The notes below the pieces were generated by a model, which had not been told where the DNA came from, made no database searches, and saw only the letters and a list, made by a program, of their open reading frames with translations. Shown one piece after another: positions 23,285 to 34,523 of a DNA stretch of 64,000 nucleotides. The stretch lies in assembly GCA_047495785.1 (NCBI GenBank), contig JBLDXI010000013.1:3348001-3412000 (forward strand). Reading direction: 5' to 3'. Position 1 is the stretch's first letter; each line of letters begins with the position of its first letter. A program made the position numbers and the translations under genes. The DNA comes from Lepidodermella squamata (lineage: Eukaryota > Animalia > Gastrotricha).

Positions 23285-24450
23285 TGTTGGAACGATGCGA
23301 TGCAATGCACGCGACACCACCTTCACAATAGGCTGTTATTCAAATAATGGCGAGCTGCATTATTCTCCCACCCCGATAAACTTCAGCTGCAGAAATGGAA
23401 CCTACAATGAGGGTGACTATTTTCGCCTAGCAGCAGCGGAGTTTTTGCTATCATACTTGTCATAAGTATTGTTAATGCCCTATTTTCTGCCTTTGAAATG
23501 TTTCAATCGTCATTTCACCTAGGGCTGACTCATCCAATTGTTGTCAAATTTCGAACCATTGGGGAACATGTTCGATTTTTTTAGACGGAAGAATATATAT
23601 GTTTTATGCAGCTTTTTACGCTGAAGACAACAGCTCAAAGAATTCGGAGAAAAGAATTAGCAGACTGCTTATTTTGCCTGTATGAAAATATCCACTTTTA
23701 AGGTGGTATTAAAAATCTGAAAAATTCTAAATTGGATATTTCAAGCCGAGATGATTTTCGTAAAAGTGACCAACTTTAAGAAAATTAAAAAAAAAGTTAG
23801 AAAAAAACCGTCTCATGAGACGAGAGACGAGACTCATTCGATAGAGGAGCGCTTCTAGTATTCCGGAAAATGTGTTTGAAATTTGTGGGAAATGAAACAT
23901 TTTTTCTGTGAATTTTAGAAAATAATTACAAATCGGAAAAATTACAATGGGCGGATAGGGCGATGAGTGAATAAAAATGAAGATCGCGTGCCCACTTTTT
24001 CACGTTTAGGTGTGAATTTATTTACTATAGGAAGATCGCTATAGTATATATTTCTGATCTGTATAGAGTTGTCTATGACTCCTGTAATTCTCGTGACTTT
24101 AGGAAAGGTCACCATGTTTCCTCAAGAAAAAAAACATTTTTCTATCAAGAGGCGAAACGCCTACTAAAATCTTGCTTTGCGGATCCAAAATTTGCGGTAA
24201 ACGTCGTCCATGTTCATAAAACAAGAGCTATGAACCGAGCTTATCCCGACCAGAGTCTCCAAAATTGGCAGATCGACCCACTCGGTGAAAAAAAAAATAA
24301 TACCAGTTAAATTTTGTGATTTATTGCTTTGATTTCAGATCAGTAAAAAAAGAAAGCAGCAAAGGTGGAGATGTTCGAAATTTGTTTTAGAAACTCGCGT
24401 CGAACCAAGTAAATTGAGCACAACAACAAATGAAAATTTGGCCACACATT

Positions 24451-25626
24451 TTACAGTTGAATATTATAATCTTGATGATCAGTGGTGCCGGTATTAGCAG
24501 CAGTATTCAGCTCGTCATAAGAGCCTCCTGTTTGGCCCGCCTGCTGGGCCGTCTCGTCGCCAACAATCTGCAGCGAATCTTCTCCTCCATTGTCCGCGCC
24601 GTTATTCGAGTTGATAGGCGCCGCTTTTGTCGTAGTTCTCCCGCTTCGCCCGCCAAGGTAATACCCAGCATTAGGGTCAACCATGCCTCCATTGAAACCA
24701 GGTTGATAGCCAGGTCCAGGTGGCATCATTCCAGGGTTACCCATTGCCATACCGGGGTTCGGGCCCATCATGCCTTGGTTCGGCGCGCCCATATACCCAG
24801 GGTTGCCACCCATTCCAACATTGGGCCCCATCATTCCGGGATTACCACCCATTCCAACATTGGGTCCCATCATTCCCGGGTTACCACCCATTCCCATTCC
24901 GGGGTTAGCACCCATTCCACCATTGGGCCCCATCATGCCTGGATTACCGCCCATTCCCATTCCAGGGTTCCCCATCATACCCGAGTTAGGCCCCATCATT
25001 CCGGCATTGCCCATACCAGCATTGGGACCATACCCTTGATTCCCGTACATACCGCCAGGCTGCTGATATCCGCCGCCCATTGGCTGGTTGTAACCTCCCA
25101 TGCCGCCTATAAATTGATACAAAATTAAGGTTGATTCATCGGATTTTTCTTTCAATTTCTTACCCATTCCAGGCCTCGGTCCATAACCAGGTCCCATTGG
25201 CTGCTGCATGTCGGGTTGATAGCCACCATTGTCCCAATTATTGTTACCAGTGGAAATCATCGCTCCTGGTTTGTTATGAGTCTCCATGCCGGTGTTCAGG
25301 TCCCATGTTTGTTTTTTCTTATCTGCTGAGAAGATGTCAGCAATGGCGCCAAGCGCCCCCAACAAACCGCCGCCATTATTCGGCGGCCGGTTATTCGGAT
25401 AGTTGTTGTTGTTGTAGCCGTAGTTGTCATTGCCATAGTAACGACCCTGCGCCGAGCCATGGCGCCTAAACCGAAGCTTGAACAGGGGCGATTTAACGGA
25501 TTCGGACGTAATGGGTATCGGTGTCGACGCAGTGGTTCCTAACGTGGTCATTAGCGCGTAATCCGGCGGCGCCGGCATCGCGTCGACGCAAAGAACCGCA
25601 CAAATCGCAACAATTACCGCCAACAT
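24451..25626 (-). CDS. Secreted Gly/Met/Pro/Asn-rich repetitive protein
   Basis: Signal peptide MLAVIVAICAVLCVDA (ATG 25626), RFRR basic site, GMGGNPGMMGPNx repeats, and a likely 57-nt in-frame GT-AG intron at 25163-25107. Confidence 0.75.
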   Translation of the reverse strand: MLAVIVAICAVLCVDAMPAPPDYALMTTLGTTASTPIPITSESVKSPLFKLRFRRHGSAQGRYYGNDNYGYNNNNYPNNRPPNNGGGLLGALGAIADIFSADKKKQTWDLNTGMETHNKPGAMISTGNNNWDNGGYQPDMQQPMGPGYGPRPGMGKKLKEKSDESTLILYQFIGGMGGYNQPMGGGYQQPGGMYGNQGYGPNAGMGNAGMMGPNSGMMGNPGMGMGGNPGMMGPNGGMGANPGMGMGGNPGMMGPNVGMGGNPGMMGPNVGMGGNPGYMGAPNQGMMGPNPGMAMGNPGMMPPGPGYQPGFNGGMVDPNAGYYLGGRSGRTTTKAAPINSNNGADNGGEDSLQIVGDETAQQAGQTGGSYDELNTAANTGTTDHQDYNIQL

Positions 25627-25675
25627 CTGTTTCGTTTTAAAGTAACACGCACCTAGAAACACGAAATTTGAACCG

Positions 25676-25682
25676 TTTTATA
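25676..25682 (-). promoter_or_regulatory. Candidate TATA box of the Gly/Met-rich gene
   Basis: TATAAAA on the minus strand 50 nt upstream of the ATG at 25626. Confidence 0.4.
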
Positions 25683-27959
25683 GCGAGAGGGTGTCATTAT
25701 ACAGCGACCGGCGCCTCTGGGGCCAGATAAAGGGAGTAATCTGGTCTAATGAGACAAAGCTCGCCGACCCGAAGCTTGTTATTTCTCGGCGTCACGAGCT
25801 GGTAGCAGGTAAACAATAATACTAATATTGTTATGTATTATAAGCGGGTGAGGTATGCGTGAGAACTAGCGCTTGCGGGCGGAAGTCAGCTAACTGAGCA
25901 AATACTTCTCGTCTTCGAAAGTGTTGATGCAGAGTGTGGCACGAGTAGCCGCGCCCGCCCCTCATACGAAATAATAATGGCTTACGAACGAACCGCAAAC
26001 ACAACAAAATCTGTTGCACGTTTGCGTATTATGATTCCGTGTCAAACAAAAATATTATAACAAAAATGTATCCTCCTCTCGAGCCAACAACAGAAAGGCG
26101 ACAACAGTCGTCTCGCTATTCGGTGTTGAAGCAGAGCACAAATATTTGAGTGGTAAGGGCGGAAAGCTTTTGGCGCCACACGGTTTACTCAAGACGGTAC
26201 ATTTTTCAGCAGCTACCTTAAAATATGACGCCATATTACGCTGACTTGGCCGGAAAAACACGAGACACGAAATTCCTTCGAGTGATTTTATTATCGATTT
26301 TTCTGGAACGATGCAAGTGACCTATTTAATTTTTCATACGATCAACCCTGATTGTTTTGCGATTATTGATTTTCTCCCAGTGCAAATCCTGGACATTATG
26401 TCGGTGCAGTTTTATAGATTTATAAGTTACGGTAATATGCTTTGAAATCACCTAGGAGCTCAACAGTCGTCTCGCCTTTCATCGTATTGAGGCGTCGGTG
26501 CTGAAATAATTACCTTTAAAACTTTGATGAGCCTTTCTCACACCCGTTCTATTTTGTTTTGTCTGTTTTGGCAATAAATTCGCGGCGTATTGGCATCGTA
26601 AAAGCACAGGAAAAAAAATAATCGCACCGATTGATCCTCTCGCTTGCTTTTGATTGATATACGTTTTTTTCGCACACAGATGAACCTTGCGTGCTGCCAC
26701 TATACAAAATGGCTTCTTCATTTTTTTGCGCACGCTCCGTGTTTTATTATTACTCGCACGCGCGCTGTGCGTTTTCAATAAGGCCTCACGATACGTGCAG
26801 TATTATAATTGCGCCAATTTTTTGTTCGTTCTATGTGCCCTGTGCTTTTAAACCCTGAGTACATTTTTTACTTAGTTTTTTTTCGCGTTGAACCGGCGTA
26901 GTGTTACCCCATCGTCCTCGACGTCGATCTGCCTTATACACGTGTACAAAACGTGCAGACAATAATGAAGCGGGAGAAACGAGGCCTTCGTGCAAATTCA
27001 TGAAAAAAACTCGCCGCCGTAGTAGTTGTTGCTGCTTGATAAAAGCGAAAAGCCGCGTTTTGACATCGACACCTAGAATCAGCGGCTTGAGCGCGAAAAA
27101 AATGAAACCTGGCGACCATTGAGTGCCCACCACTCGAGTAATAAAAAAACATCACCAATCTCCGGATTATTAATATATCTTTTTTATTATTCAACAGAAA
27201 CGTAGAATATGCGCCGCTTCTAATGCGCGTATAAAACTCCTTGTTGTTCAGAAGTTTACTTCTTCTTTCTTTCCATCAGTCAATCAATCAACTCGACGAA
27301 ATTGATATAGATATATAGATGTAGTGTGACGTGAATGCGGTTATAAATGATGATGATAATGGATATATAACGAATGCGGATAACATACTTTTTCCATCAT
27401 TCCAGCTTAATGTGTGTTTATCTGTTACACCTACAACACGCCACAGTTAGATTCCGATCAACTCTTCTACCGGTGAAGCGCGACGGTTGGTAGATGTACG
27501 AAGCAAGAATGCGCGATGAATTTTAAACGTAGTCTCAGTCTCACAGGTTACGTAAGCACAAAAAGTAGAATGACGCAAGAATTTTTTTTTTCGAAAAAAT
27601 CCGCCTTAAAAAATTAATGTTATAATCCACTCATCTTCTGATCGTTCAGTCAGTTCAGGCATATCATTTAAATAGCCACCCTATCGCGTTTGAATCAATT
27701 CGTTAAATAACATTCATATAATTGTAACAATCAAATTTTAAAAGAGCTAGGAGAAAGTACTTGTTGAACATTGAAGCGAAGGAGCGAGAGGTCGGACAAT
27801 TTTTTGTATATTATTATTTTGCTTTCAAGTTTCAAAACATGTATAAAAACGAAGTAGGTAACAGTTTAGTTGCAAAAAGCACGCTGATTTTTTTCGCTGA
27901 AGAGTTGCAGGAAAACGTTCAGATTTTCATCATTTCCATCATCATTACTTCATCAACTA

Positions 27960-27980
27960 AGTAGTAGTAGTAGTAGTAGT
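27960..27980. repeat. (AGT)7 microsatellite
   Basis: agtagtagtagtagtagtagt read directly from the sequence. Confidence 0.9.
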
Positions 27981-29963
27981 TTAATACAATTGCAGGGCAG
28001 GTTTAAGTAGCTCGCTTTGCTGTCGGGAGATTTCGCGCGCGCGGTAAAAAATTAGATAAAATTACGAGATTAAAATGACAGAAAATTCACAGATAAATAT
28101 GACACGGATGGCTAGTAGTGAATGAAACGTACAAAAAATCGGGTATAAAAAAAGAGAAATTTTTGCTTTTAGCATATTTTTTTTCGTTGATTATCTGAAT
28201 TGGCAGGGTGCAATGTGAACTGCAAATTAGGATGGCATTTTCTTCTATTACTAAAATCGACTACCACATAACAGCAGATAGCATATTGCGGACTGAGAGA
28301 GAGAGAGAAAGGAAACAGCTATCAGGTGATATATATGAAAATTTGTCTCGCCGTATAAAAACAACTCGAATTAAACAGAAAAGCACTCAAACGAACGATT
28401 GAACGAATAATACGACACCAGGCATACAAATGAGAGAACAATGATAGCAAATAAAAACATCGTCAGTAGGTATAAAAATTGAATTTTCAATCACTAGCTT
28501 ATTCTACTCATTATTTTCTAAACCCCAGGACATCAAAACAAGTACAAAATTAAATACCACGAAACTAAATATCATATATATAATATATAACGATAAATTC
28601 AGTGCAAGAGACAACGCAGAGAGAGATTAACAAACGACGATTAACATCAATAATTTGAAAGAAAATATGTAGAGACGAGACCGCGGCATATACACATACG
28701 AAAACTAACGTTGTATGTGATATTAAATTTTCAATTTTAATCAGGTATACAAAATAGTGTACTTAGAGAAGAAACGAAACAATCGTTCAGGAGGCGATGA
28801 AATTTTTTTGATACTGTTGTTTCATTTATTCAGGTGGAGAAAAACAACACAAAGCGAGCACGTGGGTGCATCAGAAAAGGCTTGGTTTCTTTCTCTCGCT
28901 TAGCAATAAATTGAAAGTACGTCGTTATTTTTCAATTCCTTTCAGTCGTTGTCGTTAATCGATATAAATAAAAACATTATAATTTTTTCGCGAAGAAAAA
29001 ACTTGGCAGCTTTTGTTGATTCGAGATAAATTTCCGAGTGAAATTCTGCATAATCATTTCAATCGTTCGATGAAGGTAGTAATCAAGTAAAAGAGAATAA
29101 ATATCGATACTGCTTCATTCTCCATCTTTCTTATTCAATCGTGACGCGAATATCAAATGTCTGAGAAGAGATGACGTCGTTGCTTTTCATTACCAGTATT
29201 ATTATTATTATATTTATTAAACATCAGATGGCACCATGAAGCGACTAGTGTGTATTTAGATGCGGCTGTTTGTAGGCTAGGCTATCTACTTCTTATTCGT
29301 ATAAGACGTCCCCTTTGCAATTCGCAGAAGCAAAAAGTAGTACGACGTGCGCACGCAGTAGACAACATGCATGTAGAGTAAGAAGCCAGAGAGCGCAGGT
29401 AGGTTCTGTTTGTTTGCATACAGATTTCGTCAGAGTGAGAAAAAACCAAGGAAAGCTGCGTTGCGCAGCGCTACAAAAAACCGTAGCGCGCTTCCAAGTG
29501 GTCGGTCTGGTTTTTTTTCACAGACAGCGTATATCAAGAGCGAGTAACTCAGTCTTGTACAGCAAAAGGCAGGCAGGTCTTCACTTATCAAAAATGAAAG
29601 GAAATAAATCTCTTAGTCGATCATCAATCTTCTTTCAGGTGAAACAATCAGAGGTTTTTTGAACATTGAAGGCGATCATCAAGTAGTTGAAGCACACGAA
29701 GACAATGTGTCACAAACCTATGCCGCATTACATTCAATCCAGATTTTTCTAAAAGGTGAATTGAAATTCGAACAGAATTCACACTTCACGTTCACCAGAG
29801 TAATGTTGTTTGTTGTTTTTTCAATATAATAATAACAATAGTCCAAGTGGATAAATTCGAGTAAAAAACTAATGAATTACGAAGTATAACGGTGACAAAT
29901 AAAATCAGGACGATCCAAGTCGGGTGCCGTCAAGTTGATTGAAGACACTGGTGCGGAAATAAT

Positions 29964-30869
29964 TTAACGACCTGTACCGCACGGCTTGGGCTGGAACAGC
30001 GGTGGACCGCGTTTGCCCTTGTTGTTGGCGTTGGCCGCACGGCTCATCCTGCGGAAGGCTTGGCGTGAGAGAAGCCATGGAGGAGTGTTGCCATCATGAG
30101 GCGACGGGCGCACTCCCTGGTTCGCTGCAAGGCGCGCATTACGAGCAGCTGAGCGGGTATTACGCGATGGCGTGGTATTGTTAGCAACTTGGCGGTTATG
30201 ACGAGCAGGTGGCGAATTTTCATGAGCTCGTGTCGACGCTATTATTAACGCATGATTAAAGCAACAGAATTAAACAGTGATTAAAAGCTTACAGTTTTCA
30301 GTTTCCATTCCCTCATCGCCGTATTCAGAGTTAACAGCAGAAATAGCGTCAATAATTGCATTACGACAAACATTAACGGCAGCTTCAGGTGAAACGTAAA
30401 CAGACATGCTTGGGTGCTCGATCAATAAATTATCCATAGGGCTCGCTGCAATCGGGGGCAGCGGGCGACGAGTCACGAAACAAGCAGGCGGTGTTACTAG
30501 CCAGCCACTGGCATCAGAGTCAGCCGAATTCGGAGTGGCTGGAGGTGACTGGCTAGATCTTGAGGCCAAACCCGGCACGAATTCCTCAGGCTTAGTTTTA
30601 ACAGCTTCGCTGCAACCTTGCGGTTCAATATCTACATTTTTATTGAGGACGTCCACAAAAACCCAATCCTCCTGGCCTCGATTTTCTTCATCAAAGGAGA
30701 AATTGGCTGGCAACTGACTACTTCGCATTGGACAGTGAGCGTTAGTTACGAGGTTAGCGCATGTCGAGGTATTATTAACCGCCTCGACCTCGGCTTTCTG
30801 AGTTGTGCCTTGAGGAACGTCATCGTTCGGATTGCTTCCGAAAACAAAAGCTGACAGCCGGGTAATCAT
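29964..30869 (-). CDS. DOR / TP53INP family autophagy adaptor, 2 coding exons
   Basis: LIR-like EDWVFVD, family motifs SGWLVTPPACF and SPMDNLLIEHPSMSVY, intron 30292-30239, and a basic C-terminus LSRQAFRRMSR...FQPKPCGTGR*. Confidence 0.88.
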
Positions 30870-31856
30870 AAAGTCTACGTAAAGAACAAAATAATTGATA
30901 AATTGAAAGCATCTAATGACGTTGACCCGAGGAATAATCATTGCTATTGGAATCACACAGCTGAGGCATATTACAACATAGAGAATGGAGAGATATTTTG
31001 TTCTGCCTAATCATAAGCATCTATGATAAACCCATGACCTCCGAGTTTGATTGCAAAGTCTCACGAGAGTGAAAGGTGTTCAAATGGCAATGGAAAAGGC
31101 CATAAAAGGGAATGAGAGAAAGGAACACAAAGGAACGATACGAGACTTTTCTGCACCCAACGACCAAAACCTCAAACAAAGAAGGAGCGCGGGCCAAACA
31201 AAAACTATTCTTCCGCAACCTTTTATAAATTTATACGAATAATCAAATTTATTATATATGACATTTCAGAAATATTTTATTACATCATACGTGAAAATAA
31301 TCATATGATCAAAATTGGGCACCGTCGCCAATGAAAACATCTTAGCTCCGCCCATTTCTCAAGTTGGTTGGCAGACCAAGGCTCTGAACCAGCTTCTAAC
31401 CTGGCTGACGGATGACCGATGCTAGAATATTAGCATCAAGATGAAGCGGGATGTCGAAGACCTTTTGGGCTAACTGTTTTAGTCGTAAACCGGTGACTGA
31501 AGTTTGTGAGTTGTTCGTTCGGCATGAAAACGATTTTCTGCAATCAATTGCCCAACGGCACTCGACCCGTTTCCCATTTGCCCAGTGCCCATCGTGCTAA
31601 ATCGACTTATTAAAGATGGCGACAAATGGTTGGATTAAATGATTGACGATAATGAGTGGTTTAAGGTGCAATATGCCGAAGATTGAGTTATTCTTGCAGT
31701 TAATTCAGTGTGCATGGACATGGTGATGATTGTGTACAATATACATCTACCAGAGCAATCGAAATGCTACCCTTTAGACCTACCGATTTGCTATTGTTTC
31801 TGCTTTCTCGGCTGCAGAATCCATTCTTTGTCTTATAGACATTTAAAAGAGGCAGA

Positions 31857-32364
31857 ATGTCACTACTTACGATTACAACGCGCCGTTGTCTTTTAAATCA
31901 GTCAATTGCCTCGGCTCGGCATTTGAGCAGCACCGGTGGTGTGAAAGATCCGAAATTGATGGAAAAATTATGCCCGAAAGTTGCTCAATACGCTCCTTTT
32001 AAAATTGAAGATCTCAAGGAGGGCGAAGAAAAGCGATGGTGTCGTTGTGGATTATCTTCGAAACAAGTAAACATTAGAATTTGTGCTGACGATTTCTTGA
32101 ATTATGTGAACAATCTAGCCGTGGTGTGACGGTAGCCATAAAGGTACTGGTTATGGCTCGATGAAATGGATAGTTCCGGCGAATAAGGGAAAACCGTTCT
32201 TTCTATGTGGGTGTAAGCATAGCAAGCATGCACCTCTATGTGACGGCCGACACTCCAAAATCACCGACTTGATCGCTGAGCGCCAACATAAGTGTTCAGA
32301 CAAAGCTAAACACGTCGAAACTCTGAAATTATGTACATCTTGTGGATGGTCCCCTACCCTTTAA
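31857..32364 (+). CDS. CISD3: CDGSH iron-sulfur protein, CISD3/MiNT-like, copy 1 (with a mitochondrial presequence-like N-terminus)
   Basis: WCRCGLSSKQ|PWCDGSH and LCGCKHSKHAPLCDGRH form two CDGSH motifs; GT-AG intron 32067-32118. Confidence 0.9.
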
Positions 32365-32476
32365 CTTCAACGATATCTATTATCGCCACCACTTTAGTCA
32401 AAATGTGTTACTCCAGCCTCACTTTGTGGTTTGGCTATAAATGGAGCTAATTATATGCAGCTTTTCCTCCTATAGA

Positions 32477-32935
32477 ATGTTACTTGCATTAGCTACTCTG
32501 TCAAAATGGGCAGGAGGGGAGCCTAAACTTTGCGCTCACGTTGCTCAATATTCTCCTTACATGGTTGAAGGTATAAAGGAAGGAGACACAAAATACTGGT
32601 GTGCCTGTGGACTCTCGAAGAAGCAGGTATAGTCTTTTATCTTTAACTCGGATCTTTAACTCGATAAAATCATTTATTGATAATGTTTTCAGCCATTTTG
32701 CGACGGGTCTCACAAGGAGACTGGCCTTTGCCCTCAAAAGTGGACTGCTCCGAAGACAGACGACGGCAAGTTTTACTTTTGCGGCTGCAAGCATACTAAC
32801 AACGCACCGCTATGCGATGGGCAGCATTGCAAAATCCCAGACATGGTCAAAGACCGCCAGGCTAACTGCAAGGCTAAGGACATCCATGTTAAAGGCACTA
32901 AGCTTTGCACTCACTGCGGCTGGGCTGATTTTTGA
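32477..32935 (+). CDS. CDGSH iron-sulfur protein, CISD3-like, copy 2
   Basis: WCACGLSKKQ|PFCDGSH...FCGCKHTNNAPLCDGQH...LCTHCGWADF*; GT-AG intron 32627-32692. The start codon is tentative. Confidence 0.85.
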
Positions 32936-33114
32936 TCTAACAATCCTGATCTTGCCAAAAATCATCATCACGCTCTTTAGCTTTCACTGCATAATATAGT
33001 GTTACTTAACTGAGCACTTCTTGATAACACAGCCTCATTATAGTCTTCCCGCTGGTTTGTGGAATAAAATACTGTTTTGTTCAATAGTTTTTACTCAGTT
33101 TATTTTGTTATTGC

Positions 33115-33542
33115 ATGGCATCGGGTGGTGAGAATGAGTCAAAAGCTGAACTGCATCCTCGAGTGGCAATGTATGCCCCGTATTTGGTCGAGGGCTTGAA
33201 AGAGGGCGAAGTTAAATACTGGTGCCGATGTGGCTTATCCAAAAAACAGGCAAGAAAACTCACACCTATCAAGAGCGATAAACCCAAATTTGATTTCAAC
33301 AGCCGTGGTGTGACGGATCTCACAAAGGAACAGGCTTTACCGCCCTAAAATGGACCGTTCCGGCTAACCAGGAGAAATATTACTTGTGTGGCTGTAAGTA
33401 TACGAGAGGACCTCCACTTTGTGACGGCAGACATTGTGACATTCCGTTAGAGGTTAAAGAACGCAAAGAAAAATGTGCGAATAAGGATGCTCACGTCGAA
33501 GGAACTAAACTTTGCACTAATTGCGGTTGGGCTGATTTCTGA
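33115..33542 (+). CDS. CDGSH iron-sulfur protein, CISD3-like, copy 3
   Basis: WCRCGLSKKQ|PWCDGSH...LCGCKYTRGPPLCDGRH...LCTNCGWADF*; requires a GC-AG intron 33250-33302 at the homologous position. Confidence 0.85.
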
Positions 33543-34008
33543 TTACTAACGTTCTCAAATAATCTCATGTTCGTAAGCACTTATCGGAACGTCGAGTGTA
33601 GTTGATTGAAAATTCGATTTCGATGGGATGGCTAGGTATTCAAGAGACCTATCGTCAGCATCGGCGCTAAATTTGAGGCTCATAACTCAATTATGAAATG
33701 TGTTTTGCGATTTTAAAAGTTATGAAACTCATTCTCATCAAATTTTTCATCCTTGTGTCGCATATTTTCCAGAAAAGTATTGTTGGACCGTTGTTAGGAA
33801 TTATTTGAACTTTGCTCCTTTATCACCGTCTTGGGTGCTGGATTGTTCTGATGATTCATTTTACTATGAATCATGTGATATTATTTTTTGCCGCCAATTC
33901 ATAACGCTGTGTCAGTATTACTACTTATAAAGTTATTGTTAGCGCTTCTTTTTCACTGCTCTTATTTTACCATTAGATCGTGTTTATTAAATCGAAGCAT
34001 CTTTTCCC

Positions 34009-34523
34009 ATGCCTCTCGATACACCGGCGGTTCTTCGGCTACTTGAGCTGCTGTCAGCTAACGACGCCATCCGTGCGAACGTCAAACACTCGATTCGAAA
34101 CGGCGTGATTGTTGGCGCCTGCGTTACTGGCGCCAGTATGCTGCTAGGCCCGCCCGGCATCGCAGTCGGTTTGTTTGCGTTAAATTTAAAATTGAGCCGC
34201 ATTGTCAAGTACTCACACAATCGATACTTTTGTTGAAAACAGGCGCGGCCGTAGGAACGGGCATTGTTTACAGGCGCGGCAACGACTACGTCTCGCTAAT
34301 TACGGCCGTCGGGCAGCTGCGCCCAGACGAGCGCGCGCGTCTGGTCCAAGAAATTAACAATGTCTACGCGGCGCTGTCTTACGACGACGTAATGATCTTA
34401 CAAGGCGCCCTGGTGGGCTCAACACTTCTAACCGGGCTGTCTATGGCCGGGCGGGCTGCCCTCCTCGCCGCCATTCGCGCCTTCTTCAGCAGTAACACGT
34501 CGTTTATCGTCGACGGCTGCTAG
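34009..34523 (+). CDS. C19orf12: C19orf12 (MPAN) family membrane protein, 2 exons
   Basis: NVKHS..G..V.G....LLGPPGIAVG|AAVG glycine zipper followed by L.PDERARL; intron 34169-34242. Confidence 0.85.

Noticed and set aside
24430-25128. Plus-strand His-rich and Pro/Ile-rich repeat ORFs
   Set aside because: They are antisense shadows of the Gly/Met repeat gene, which has the signal peptide, TATA box and intron.
26000-29900. Short ORFs between the Gly/Met gene and DOR
   Set aside because: AT-rich with microsatellites and no motifs or consistent splice chain; likely DOR 3' UTR and intergenic DNA.
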